Assembly: GCA_000002445.1 (NCBI GenBank)
Contig: CP000069.1
Span: 192,001-256,000, forward strand
Direction of reading: 5' to 3'
DNA from: Trypanosoma brucei
Lineage: Eukaryota
Length of the DNA: 64,000 nucleotides
Below the pieces are notes generated by a model that did no database searches, was not told where the DNA came from, and saw only the letters and a list, made by a program, of their open reading frames with translations. Below, one piece after another: positions 26,060 through 37,295 of this stretch. The position numbers and the translations under genes are program-made. The first letter of the stretch is position 1. Each line of letters starts with the position of its first letter.

Positions 26060-26320
26060 GCCTTTGTTGTCATTGGGGTTAAGCGGAAAGGTGTGTGTCA
26101 GTAGGTTGTGAGGTGAAAGCGTTTTCAGATGCATAGTGAGCTTAATGTCCTTTTCACAGTATATCGTGTCTGATAGGTATCTCTTATTAGTATAGTCGAA
26201 TACTAGTCAATAGTGCATTTTGTGCAAAATGTCCATTTTGTGGCAGTGATGGGGTTGCTTTATGCTATTCCGTGTCTTGATGGTCATACATTGAAAATAG
26301 GGGTTATCGGGTGAGTACTG
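26060..26320 (+). promoter_or_regulatory. Presumptive procyclin promoter region, unit 2 copy
   Basis: Sequence identical to 18640-18900, shifted by 7419 bp. Same positional inference. Confidence 0.3.
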
Positions 26321-26427
26321 AGTTTAACATGTTCTCGTGATCGCTGCACGCGCCTTCGAGTTTTTTTTCCTTTTCCCCATTTTTTTCAACTTGAAGACTT
26401 CAATTACACCAAAAAGTAAAATTCACA

Positions 26428-26799
26428 ATGGCACCTCGTTCCCTTTATCTGCTCGCTATTCTTCTGTTCAGCGCGAACCTCTTCTCTGGCGTGGGATTTG
26501 CCGCAGCCGCTGAAGGACCAGAAGACAAGGGTCTTACTAAGGGAGGCAAAGGCGGGAAGGGAACCAAGGTCAGCGACGACGATACCAATGGCACTGACCC
26601 CGACCCCGAACCTGAACCTGAACCTGAACCTGAACCTGAACCCGAACCCGAACCTGAACCTGAACCGGAACCTGAACCTGAACCCGAACCTGAACCGGAA
26701 CCCGAACCCGAACCTGAACCTGAACCTGGTGCTGCAACGCTGAAGTCTGTTGCGCTTCCGTTCGCAATTGCGGCCGTTGGTCTCGTTGCCGCATTCTAA
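26428..26799 (+). CDS. EP: EP procyclin, 2 DP + 20 EP repeats
   Basis: 123-aa ORF identical to the unit-1 EP gene except for two fewer dipeptide repeats (12 nt shorter). Same signal peptide, NGT sequon and GPI signal. Confidence 0.95.
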   Translation: MAPRSLYLLAILLFSANLFSGVGFAAAAEGPEDKGLTKGGKGGKGTKVSDDDTNGTDPDPEPEPEPEPEPEPEPEPEPEPEPEPEPEPEPEPEPEPEPEPGAATLKSVALPFAIAAVGLVAAF

Positions 26800-27002
26800 G
26801 CTCATGTAAAGAGAAATCTTTTTGGAGGGTCAAAACTTTTTAACAAGGGTGACCCCAACTGTTTATTTAACCCTTCCTTTGGCGCGATGCGCTCGCTTCA
26901 TGGCGTTCCTTTGTGACAGGACACTGACACGCATAATATTTTTTTCAACCCATTTTTTTGAGTTCTATTTTTTGTTTTATGTCTTGGAACCGTCGGCGGT
27001 AG

Positions 27003-27028
27003 CACGCAGCCCTGTAGACTTCTGCGTG
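27003..27028 (+). promoter_or_regulatory. Procyclin 3' UTR stem-loop, unit 2 copy
   Basis: Identical cacgcagccctgtagacttctgcgtg hairpin. Confidence 0.6.
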
Positions 27029-27777
27029 TGCCTGTCAATGTGTTCCTTGGCTCTTTTCAAACGGCTTCTTTTATCTTACCGTTCATATGGTTTTGTCAAA
27101 AATTCATTCACTGCATTTGTGGTCCTCTCCTATGTCTCGTTCCTGCAATGGTTGACAGCAACCTCTTCCATTTGTGACTGAACTTTTTTTTTTTCAAACT
27201 TTTTGCCTTGTCCTTTTTTCGTACTGGGAAAATAGTTCCTTCTAAAACCTCAGGCTAGAAATGGGAGACAAATGGACTTTTGTTGACTCAAGCGATTTGT
27301 CCCTCGATATTTCCTCCATCGCAGCTTCCGTTTGACACCGTGGAGTTGCAACATGGGAAGCAGCGGTTGAAGGAAGCACATTCCTGGTGATGATGCCTTC
27401 TTCGCCTACGGTGGTGCATCATCATGTTTGTTAATATGTCGGGGAAACTTTAAAGCACCTTGAGGGAGTTCACCGTAACTGTTCAAAATTGAGGCCTGAG
27501 CGGTGTTTTGCCTTTTGACTTGCCTTTATTTAACTGTTCTCGTCAGGGGAGCGATTCAGTTGAGTGAGCTGCTGCCACTTTATCTGTTGGGGAGGAGAGG
27601 CTGCGGAGAGGGTAAGCGCGTTGTTTCCATGAACTTTACGTATTTACTGCACTGCCCTCTGTTTTGGTCCACTTTGTGAAATACTCTGGGACAATCAATG
27701 GAGAGTGTGAGATTTTTTGAAATACTTCTGGAGCATTCACCGGCTCGTCGGTCGTCATATGTTCTCGCAGTGTTTTC

Positions 27778-27915
27778 TCTCCCATATTCTTCGGGGCGGT
27801 ATTGCAGTGAAAGTGCCATGCGGGACGCGTGTCAGAGCAGTGTTTGTCTCCCATATTCTTCGGGGCGGTATTGCAGTGAAAGTGCCATGCGGGACGCGTG
27901 TCAGAGCAGTGTTTG
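27778..27915. repeat. 69-bp tandem duplication, unit 2 copy
   Basis: Same duplicated 69-mer as at 20371-20508. Confidence 0.9.
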
Positions 27916-28659
27916 ATGTTCCGGAAGTCTTCGGAGTTAGAGGGCAAATGCTCCTCTTCTCCTTTCGTGCGGCGTGATTCTCATACCGAGGCTTCCACTA
28001 AGCAGGCTGCAACTCTTCTGCTGACTTTTTGGTTTATTCTTTTCCCATATTTCAGTGTTGGAGTGTTTCTCTTGCCGCCCTTGGGAATCGGGCACAGTCA
28101 TATGAAGGCGCTTGCTTCGGCAGCCAAAGGTGGTTCCGTTTGGTATTTCTTGTGGAGACATTTGTCTTCCTTTCCTTTTCGGCCACCTCTTTTCCCATGG
28201 AGAAAGGCCTCTGGTACTGTCCTGCCCGATGATCTTTGCCCCGTTCGTTCCATCATGAATAATAGTTACAAAAGTGTGTGTCGGTACGGCGGTGGATATT
28301 TCCCCAATCGCTTTGGTTGCTTTTACTATTTTGTGGGGCGGTTTAAAGTTGGTAACTCAGTGCACTTCCAAAAAAATTGCGACTCGTACATTTGGTTTTA
28401 TATGGAGGGTGGAAGAGCCGAAAACGTGTATGTGCTTGCTTGGATGAGTCGGAAAATAAATTCTAGTTTCCGTGTATTTTCCGTTCATTACGTCATATAT
28501 GGCTTGGCCTTTAGATTTGTGTAAGGTATGTTTCTTTTCGAAGTTGGTATGCTGGCGGACGTGTTTGTTTAATGTAAATCAGCCAAGGTGTAAGAGTAGC
28601 TGTAATGATAAGTTTCTGCTTCTCCCTTTTTTACTGATGAATGTAGAAACAAAATCACA

Positions 28660-30033
28660 ATGAGGCACGAATTAGTGTTTACCATTGGGTTGTTTGTGGC
28701 TGTTTTATCTGATTCTTCTCAGATATTTTTGCCGCACTGGCGCGATTGGATCCAGGTATCTAAAAACGGGAGTATACTTACAACTCTCGTTAGTGAAGTC
28801 AACAACCACCACAGCATTGGTGAATTCGAGGCACTTTGCAAGATTTACAGAATCACACAAGCGGAGACCCCGAAGCCTTCCTTTAAGAATCGTGAGAAGG
28901 AAGCTGAGATTCTGAAGAAGTTGGAGGAAATGGTCAGTGAAACTGAGGCTGTGGGTGGTGATAAAGGTTCAAGTAAGTTGGGTAAAAGAACGACGGCATA
29001 TCAGGAGATAAAGATACTTTTTGAGAAGGCGAAAAAGCTGAAGGAAGAAATAGAAGTGAATAGGACAAGATCGCTAAATGCAAGTCGTTCTGCTGAGGAA
29101 AATATGTTGAGAGCTGTGTATGGCGACGCTGTGGATGTGGCGAGAAATGAAAATAAAACTCTGGAGGAAGCCATGAGAGGAAACAAATCACTACTGTTCA
29201 ACAGTGTTGATCATGCAAATATGAGTTGTGGTTCTTACGGAGACAAACTGGTTGGAAAGACACTGATCAATGACTTTTTCTGCCTATGTGTGGGAGAGGC
29301 GACAGATTTACAAATAAGAAGCAATAAGTATTATGCACTCGACTTAAACTCAACTAATCACACTGTGTATAATGGGTTTAACTGTCCCTGCAAGGATGAA
29401 ATAAGGAGACCTAAACATGGAAGTTGGACTATGATGGCTGATTATTGCCCAAGCAACTATAATACTTGCGACCCTAGAAAGGTAAAATACAACCATACTG
29501 AGGCATGGGATGTGATTAGTAAAGCTTGCGTGTACAAAAATGTTGCATCGAATGTGAAAACTCTGAAGAGTGCACTAGCTCAGTTTGATGCGTTGGTGAA
29601 TTTAGAGCAGGATAATTATCAAATGAAGGGTATTCTTGGGTACGCGGATATTTCAGAAAACACAAATCGCATCTGCAACGGTTATACTGCTGGATTCACG
29701 TGTGTCAGTTACAATTACACACTTGAAAATGGTGGAATTCCATGGTACAACCGCCTCACTAACGCCACCAAGGAACTACAAGAAATGGCGAAGTATGCCA
29801 AAGAAGCTGACAGTCATCTTTACGAATTGGAAGAGTACCAACATGAGGCAGAGGAAATATATCTTGAAGTGAAACTTGGTGGTGATGCAGAGCTATGGAA
29901 GAGTAGCCGAGGTAAAGGCGAAGGTGACGGTGAAGGTGATGATACTGATGTAAATAATGATGGGCTCAACTATATAAATATTACAACTGACTTTCTTATA
30001 TTATTGTTTTCATCTTTCATTTGTATATCTTAG
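28660..30033 (+). CDS. PAG: Procyclin-associated gene product (PAG family), identical to the unit-1 copy
   Basis: 457-aa ORF, 100% identical in protein sequence to 21253..22626. Confidence 0.75.
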   Translation: MRHELVFTIGLFVAVLSDSSQIFLPHWRDWIQVSKNGSILTTLVSEVNNHHSIGEFEALCKIYRITQAETPKPSFKNREKEAEILKKLEEMVSETEAVGGDKGSSKLGKRTTAYQEIKILFEKAKKLKEEIEVNRTRSLNASRSAEENMLRAVYGDAVDVARNENKTLEEAMRGNKSLLFNSVDHANMSCGSYGDKLVGKTLINDFFCLCVGEATDLQIRSNKYYALDLNSTNHTVYNGFNCPCKDEIRRPKHGSWTMMADYCPSNYNTCDPRKVKYNHTEAWDVISKACVYKNVASNVKTLKSALAQFDALVNLEQDNYQMKGILGYADISENTNRICNGYTAGFTCVSYNYTLENGGIPWYNRLTNATKELQEMAKYAKEADSHLYELEEYQHEAEEIYLEVKLGGDAELWKSSRGKGEGDGEGDDTDVNNDGLNYINITTDFLILLFSSFICIS

Positions 30034-33000
30034 TTTGTGATTAATTTGGTAATTGCTTTGTGTGGTGTCGCTTTTTTTTTTTCTTTGTGGAGGGGAGGAG
30101 GAGGGATGTTGTATTTGTGTGCAGTTGTTTTCAAATTAATTATAAATTTGGTAACAAAAATTTCTGCAAATGTTGCTTTTGACTGTGTTTGAGCGTGGCT
30201 GTTGGGACGTTGACGGGGAATCGCCACGGCAGGGTCATTTCCCGAGAGGGTGCCGATACGTTGTGTTACTTTTTCATTTTCACATCGCGCAAGGATATGG
30301 GTATGCTACTATTAACAAATCATTTAGCTCCTATCTAGTACGCTCCGCTGCGGCAGAAAAATAAGGGGCCACGAACAAAATTCTATGTGTCTACGAGCAC
30401 TGTCAGCCTTCCAAGGACTCTCGGATCTCTATCGCAGCGAGTTTAGGTTAAAAGTGGGATGAAGAACTCCTCCTTCTGCTTGTTCCGGCCGAACATAGAG
30501 GCGTGACGGCAGCTCCTTCGTTTCCATCCACGGAGGACACAACATTCGCTGAATTATCTCTTAATGGAGCGTTTTTTTGTTTTTAAGTGTAAAATAACTG
30601 TCTGGTGTATATATATATATATATTGACTGAAAGAAGGAGTCGAGAGCGTCTTTTCCGAGTGCACTTTTCTCCGGCGGATCTCCCACTAACCTGTGGCGT
30701 AGGGCTATGGCTCCCAAAACACGTGTAAACACTACTGTATGATGTGGGTTATCGTGTTCATTGGCGTGGTAGTACTCTTTAATCCAGCGTATTCCATGTT
30801 TGATGTCATTGTGTATTTAGAAGCCCACTTTGGAGTAGATCCTTATCCCGGCCTCGGAGGGGATACTGCACACAGTTGCAACGCGTTGACGATGGAGCTC
30901 TGGGGCGCTGTTGGTTAGGTTTTCAAGTTTTGGAGTGACCCAATCTGTGTATTTTCTAGAGCTGAACCGTTAAGCTGCTGAGGGATGCATATTTATGCGG
31001 TCACTGTTAACTTCAGATGAGTTGTTCATCTGCTGAAGCCGTTTCCCCGGACGGTGGCTCTTTATCTCCCTATGTGTTATCCTGGCTTCACTTTGTAAGG
31101 CCGCTGCCTTCACTAGGTTTGTTTTCCTGGTGTCTGACCCTTTTCTGTGGAGGTATCCCGCCTTTCAATTTGCTTGCGATGTTGCATTCCCTGAACTGTG
31201 GCGGATTTGATTCTGTAGCCTTTTCCGTTGGGAGAGCCAAACTCTCAGTCATTCTCCAACCCTGTGTTTCACCACTTGTTTTTACTTTGTTTTTATACCT
31301 TCGTTTGATTCTGTAATTTTCGTTGCGCGTTTAGTCTGCGCCTACTCCGCTCTCACTGTTTATCTTCAGTTACTTGCTCACAGAAAGTCTGAGCAGATTC
31401 GTGGCAGCTTGTTCCCACTTTACGCATTTATCGACGGGCAAATTCTCGTTACCCTGCGAAGGTGCTCTGGGACTTGGTAAGTAATCAGCTTCTTTTGCTG
31501 GCACAACATTTCGGTTTGTTTCAGTAGCTTGGTGACGAGACGTTTTATCACCATCTGGGTTTTACTGTTTCTCGCCTGTGTCTACGTGGCCGTTGTTTTG
31601 TGGCTTAACCGTCCCTCTGGACTGAATGTTTGAAGCTATATTCATGAAGAACTGCGCGAGTTCCACGTATTGGTTCCTTCCTTTTCTGTTCCACTGCGCT
31701 CATCAACCCCATTCCTTCTCATCCTTGGTGTCCTCGAGTTTTTGGAGGAAGTGCCTGATCGTCTCTCGGTATTCTGTTCTTCCGTTGTTGCGAACCTCCC
31801 TTCACTTCCCTTCCCGACTGTGCACTATTTTTTGTTTTTGCACCACGTAAGTCTGGCTTGTCTGAGGAGTTTCAAATATTACCCTGAACGCCGCCTGCTT
31901 TCCGTTGTTATGTTCCACCTCTTTGTGCCTCCATCCGTAGTTGTTCCTGGGGCGATGACAATTCCAGGATCGTGCTACCGTGTGTGCGTTAGATTACCGC
32001 CCCCTGCATCAAGTAGGACATACTGAATCCGCGAAGGCTCTCCGGCTTTCGTGAGGTGTTTCTAGCAACTATCACCTTTGTTTCTTCAACTTCTTGATTT
32101 ATTGTCTTTTACTCATCTATTATCTCCCTTTTCTTTAGGTCCTGCATGTCAAAAAGTATACTGTCATATTGGGCGGGAAATCATATCATAACTGTGGTAT
32201 GGTTTTGAGGGTTGCAGTCTTTTACCGTGCTGGTTAGCTCCACGGCCTCCACCGAAAAGGGGAGAGCCCGAACGCTGGTTTCCCCATTTCCCCGTCTTTT
32301 CGATCAAGAACCCCTTGCTTTTAGTAGGTATTAGATCGGTAACTGGGAGATTGTAGCGGGTGTTCGTGTGTGGGGAGCGTTGCGCACTCGCACGGTTTTA
32401 AAATGGTTGTTATGTCAAAGCTGTTATTTCCCTTTTGTTCACTATGCCATTTGTTAACCATCTTCCAGTTGTTTGTTATACTCCTATCGATGGATTGTCA
32501 CTCCTTCAAATATGGTGCTGTAGTTTGAATACTCTCTTGGTGTGCCGCAAAGTGTGGGATACATAACGTGCCACAAGCTAGCGCTTCCAAGGGGGTTTAA
32601 ACTCGGGAACTGTGAGTGTGAGTCTCGAACCAATGCGATGGTTCTGGTCTGCGCTGAAGGACATTTTATAGGGCCCCCGGATCCTCCCTGTGCCCAACTC
32701 GGTGATGCTGAGGTCGATGAATTCCTTCGTTCGCTACGAAACAAAGCATTGGGTTTGGTGGCATTTAGTGCGGTGCCTTCGATGGTGTTGTGCTTTCCTC
32801 TCCTGGAATGTGCTGGCTCGGGTTAAGATTTTAGCGGGTGCGGGGGAATGCGGCCCAACTTTTTTGCGCGAAATCTCTTGCATTGACTTGCCGCGTAACC
32901 CATGGTGGTTTCGTCAGCCTGGTAGGAGCTGAGACAGCAGCATAATGGGTGGATTCTCGTATCCATTCGTGTGGGCATGCTCCCCACTTGCATGGGTTCC

Positions 33001-33469
33001 ATTTTTGAAACATTGGTGCACTGGGGGTGTGTTCCGTAGGAAGGGCCGCGCGGTTGGGGCTTTAAAAGCACGACTGTAACATCTATATAGTGAAGTGGCG
33101 GGTGTACGAGTTGGGAGTGCAACATTTGAGTGCGGTGTTTGTCCTGCATGCCCCCGACTGCTGGTTTTCAGACTTCTTCGATGCCCGGTGTTTCGTAGCA
33201 AAACATACCGCTGCCGGCCTAAATGCCGCTGATTCACCACAAAGTGCTTTTCAGTGCCCCCAAACTGGATTGCCAAACTTCTGACAAGTGTATTGTTCCG
33301 AGTATGGTGAGCGGACCCCTTCTCTATTATCAATTCTCAAAAACTCTTCGGGAGTCAGGGCCCACGGAACCGAGGGGGCGGATGAGGGAGAGGGGGAAAC
33401 AACAATTCCGCACCGCGAACAGGCACCGCTCCCCTGGACCTCTTCCTCAGATGTGAGGTGCAGTCAGCC

Positions 33470-33730
33470 TTTGTTGTCATTGGGGTTAAGCGGAAAGGTG
33501 TGTGTCAGTAGGTTGTGAGGTGAAAGCGTTTTCAGATGCATAGTGAGCTTAATGTCCTTTTCACAGTATATCGTGTCTGATAGGTATCTCTTATTAGTAT
33601 AGTCGAATACTAGTCAATAGTGCATTTTGTGCAAAATGTCCATTTTGTGGCAGTGATGGGGTTGCTTTATGCTATTCCGTGTCTCTGGGTGGGCGTGCAT
33701 TGAAAATAGGGGTTATCGGGTGAGTACTGA
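33470..33730 (+). promoter_or_regulatory. Presumptive procyclin promoter region upstream of GPEET (variant copy)
   Basis: Same upstream sequence as units 1 and 2, except for a block substitution at ~33680-33696 (tctgggtgggcgtg versus ttgatggtcatac). Confidence 0.35.
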
Positions 33731-33836
33731 GTTTAACATGTTCTCGTGATCGCTGCACGCGCCTTCGAGTTTTTTTTCCTTTTCCCCATTTTTTTCAACT
33801 TGAAGACTTCAATTACACCAAAAAGTAAAATTCACA

Positions 33837-34181
33837 ATGGCACCTCGTTCCCTTTATCTGCTCGCTATTCTTCTGTTCAGCGCGAACGTCTTCGCTGGCG
33901 TGGGATTTGCCGCAGCCGCTGATGAGTCGGCTAGCAACGTTATCGTGAAGGGAGGCAAAGGAAAGGAGAGGGAGGACGGCCCTGAGGAGCCGGAAGAAAC
34001 CGGACCAGAAGAGACCGGACCAGAAGAAACCGGACCAGAAGAGACGGGGCCGGAGGAGACGGGGCCGGAAGAGACGGGACCAGAGGAAACTGAACCTGAA
34101 CCTGAACCTGGTGCTGCAACGCTGAAATCTGTTGCACTTCCGATTGCAGTCGCGGCTGCTGCTCTCGTTGCCGCATTCTAA
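33837..34181 (+). CDS. GPEET: GPEET procyclin
   Basis: 114-aa ORF. It has the same signal peptide family ([27 protein letters not shown]), then EEPEET followed by six GPEET pentapeptide repeats, then EPEPEPG and the GPI signal [22 protein letters not shown]. There is no N-glycosylation site, as expected for GPEET. Confidence 0.95.
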   Translation: MAPRSLYLLAILLFSANVFAGVGFAAAADESASNVIVKGGKGKEREDGPEEPEETGPEETGPEETGPEETGPEETGPEETGPEETEPEPEPGAATLKSVALPIAVAAAALVAAF

Positions 34182-34384
34182 GCGGATGCAAGCGTGTGAA
34201 GCGCCTCGGAGGAACGAAACCCCTTTGAAAAGGTGGCTTTCGTTTATATATTCTCCATCTGGTGCATCGTGTTTATTTCGTATTATTCCCTGTCAAAAGC
34301 TGCGGATATTCATTTAATATTCTTTTCGTTATATTTTTTTAGTTCTATCCTTTATTTTATCCGTTTTAATCGTCTTCTGAGACC

Positions 34385-34406
34385 CACAGCCCTGTAGATT
34401 TCTGTG
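34385..34406 (+). promoter_or_regulatory. GPEET 3' UTR stem-loop (16-mer-like element)
   Basis: cacag-ccctgtagattt-ctgtg has a loop almost identical to the EP element, with the stem maintained by different bases. Confidence 0.55.
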
Positions 34407-35114
34407 ATGTTTCGGTTGCGTATTCCATAATTTTAAGCGTTTCACTTCTATTTTTTTTCATTCCTTTGAATTTGGATCTTAAAATTATTATTGGTGCCTT
34501 GTGTTATTGTGCGTGCTGCGTGTGAATTTGGTGCTCTGCCTTTTAATTTGTTGGATGAGCTATTTCATTAATTTTTTTGCCTTCTCTTCTTTTGGGTTCG
34601 AATAATAGTTCCTTCTAAACCTTCAGGCCAGAAATGGGAAACAAGTGTTAGACCGGCCAACTTGGGCGAAGGGGTCTGCATGTTGCTTTATTTCATTGGT
34701 GGTTTTATGTGCAGTGTTTCCCTGCTTCAGATGGGCCCCGCAGCTGAAGTTGTTTCGCTGCCCTGCCCCCCACTGCTGCGTTGCTGCTGGAGAAACGATG
34801 TTGGAGGTTGACGGGTGTGTGCTTTTGAAGACTTTGTATGAATATGGAAGGAAGCTCGCAGCGGTTACTACAGGCAGTTAAGGGCTGAGTGCTGTGCCTT
34901 TTCTATTGCCTCTCCCCCTCTTGAGCTATTCTTGTCGGGAGAGTGATTTATATATCCGAGTTTCGGTTAATTGTCCCTTAGGGATGAAAGGCACCTCAGA
35001 GATGAGAGGGCAATGCAACGCTGGTTATCCCAGTTGATGTGCGCATTCATATATACCATTTCCCCATTTTTTTCAACTTGAAGACTTCAATTACACCAAA
35101 AAGTAAAATTCACA

Positions 35115-35504
35115 ATGGCACCTCGTTCCCTTTATCTGCTCGCTGTTCTTCTGTTCAGCGCGAACCTCTTCGCTGGCGTGGGATTTGCCGCAGCCGCTGA
35201 AGGACCAGAAGACAAGGGTCTTACTAAGGGAGGCAAAGGCAAAGGCGGGAAGGGAACCAAGGTCAGCGACGACGATACCAATGGCACTGACCCTGAACCC
35301 GAACCTGAACCTGAACCTGAACCTGAACCCGAGCCAGAGCCAGAACCTGAACCGGAACCCGAACCCGAACCTGAACCTGAACCTGAACCCGAACCTGAAC
35401 CCGAGCCAGAGCCAGAACCAGAACCTGAACCTGGTGCTGCAACGCTGAAGTCTGTTGCACTTCCGTTTGCAATCGCGGCCGTTGGTCTCGTTGCCGCATT
35501 CTAA
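35115..35504 (+). CDS. EP: EP procyclin (EP3 position, downstream of GPEET), 1 DP + 23 EP repeats
   Basis: 129-aa ORF with GKGKGGKG (one extra GK), an NGT sequon, DP(EP)23 using GAG/CCA codon variants, and a GPI signal. Only the last ~55 bp before the ATG (poly-pyrimidine tract and splice-acceptor region) match the other procyclin upstream regions. The 930-bp GPEET-EP spacer (34182-35114) is otherwise unique. Confidence 0.95.
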
Positions 35505-35707
35505 GCTCATGTAAAGAGAAATCTTTTTGGAGGGTCAAAACTTTTTAACAAGGGTGACCCCAACTGTTTATTTAACCCTTCCTTTGGCGCGATGCGCTCG
35601 CTTCATGGCGTTCCTTTGTGACAGGACACTGACACGCATAATATTTTTTTCAACCCATTTTTTTGAGTTCTATTTTTTGTTTTATGTCTTGGAACCGTCG
35701 GCGGTAG

Positions 35708-35733
35708 CACGCAGCCCTGTAGACTTCTGCGTG
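35708..35733 (+). promoter_or_regulatory. Procyclin 3' UTR stem-loop, unit 3 EP copy
   Basis: Identical cacgcagccctgtagacttctgcgtg hairpin. Confidence 0.6.
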
Positions 35734-37295
35734 TGCCTGTCAATGTGTTCCTTGGCTCTTTTCAAACGGCTTCTTTTATCTTACCGTTCATATGGTTTTG
35801 TCAAAAATTCATTCACTGCATTTGTGGTCCTCTCCTATGTCTCGTTCCTGCAATGGTTGACAGCAACCTCTTCCATTTGTGACTGAACTTTTTTTTTTTC
35901 AAACTTTTTGCCTTGTCCTTTTTTCGTACTGGGAAAATAGTTCCTTCTAAAACCTCAGGCTAGAAATGGGAGACAAATGGACTTTTGTTGACTCAAGCGA
36001 TTTGTCCCTCGATATTTCCGCCATCGCAGCTTCCGTTTGACACCGTGGAGTTGCAACATGGGAAGCAGCGGTTGAAGGAAGCACATTCCTGGTGATGATT
36101 CCTTCCTCGCCTACGGTGGTGCATCATCATGTTTGTTAATATGTCGGGGAAACTTTAAAGCACCTTGAGGGAGTTCACCGTAACTGTTCAAAATTGAGGC
36201 CTGAGTGGTGTTTTGCCTTTTGACTTGCCTTTATTTAACTGTTCTCGTCAGGGGAGCGATTCAGTTGAGTGAGCTGCTGCCACTTTATCTGTTGGGGAGG
36301 AGAGGCTGTGGAGAGGGTAAGCGCGTTGTTTCCATGAACTTTACGTATTTACTGCACTGCCCTCTGTTTTGGTCCACTTTGTGAAATACTCTGGGACAAT
36401 CAATGGAGAGTGTGAGATTTTTTGAAATACTTCTGGAGCATTCACCGGCTCGTCGGTCGTCATATGTTCTCGCAGTGTTTTCTCTCCCATATTCTTCGGG
36501 GCGGTATTGCAGTGAAAGTGCCATGCGGGACGCGTGTCAGAGCAGTGTTTGATGTTCCGGAAGTCTTCGGAGTTAGAGGGCAAATGCTCCTCTTCTCCTT
36601 TCGTGCGGCTTGATTCTCATACCGAGGCTTCCACTAAGCAGGCTGCAACTCTTCTGCTGACTTTTTGGTTTATTCTTTTCCCATATTTCAGTGTTGGAGT
36701 GTTTCTCTTGCCGCCCTTGGGAATCGGGCACAGTCATATGAAGGCGCTTGCTTCGGCAGCCAAAGGTGGTTCCGTTTGGTATTTCTTGTGGAGACATTTG
36801 TCTTCCTTTCCTTTTCGGCCACCTCTTTTCCCATGGAGAAAGGCCTCTGGTACTGTCCTGCCCGATGATCTTTGCCCCGTTCGTTCCATCATGAATAATA
36901 GTTACAAAAGTGTGTGTCGGTACGGCGGTGGATATTTCCCCAATCGCTTTGGTTGCTTTTACTATTTTGCGGGGCGGTTTAAAGTTGGTAACTCAGTGCA
37001 CTTCCAAAAAAATTGCGACTCGTACATTTGGTTTTATATGGAGGGTGGAAGAGCCGAAAACGTGTATGTGCTTGCTTGGATGAGTCGGAAAATAAATTCT
37101 AGTTTCCGTGTATTTTCCGTTCATTACGTCATATATGGCTTGGCCTTTAGATTTGTGTAAGGTATGTTTCTTTTCGAAGTTGGTATGCTGGCGGACGTGT
37201 TTGTTTAATGTAAATCAGCCAAGGTGTAAGAGTAGCTGTAATGATAAGTTTCTGCTTCTCCCTTTTTTACTGATGAATGTAGAAACAAAATCACA

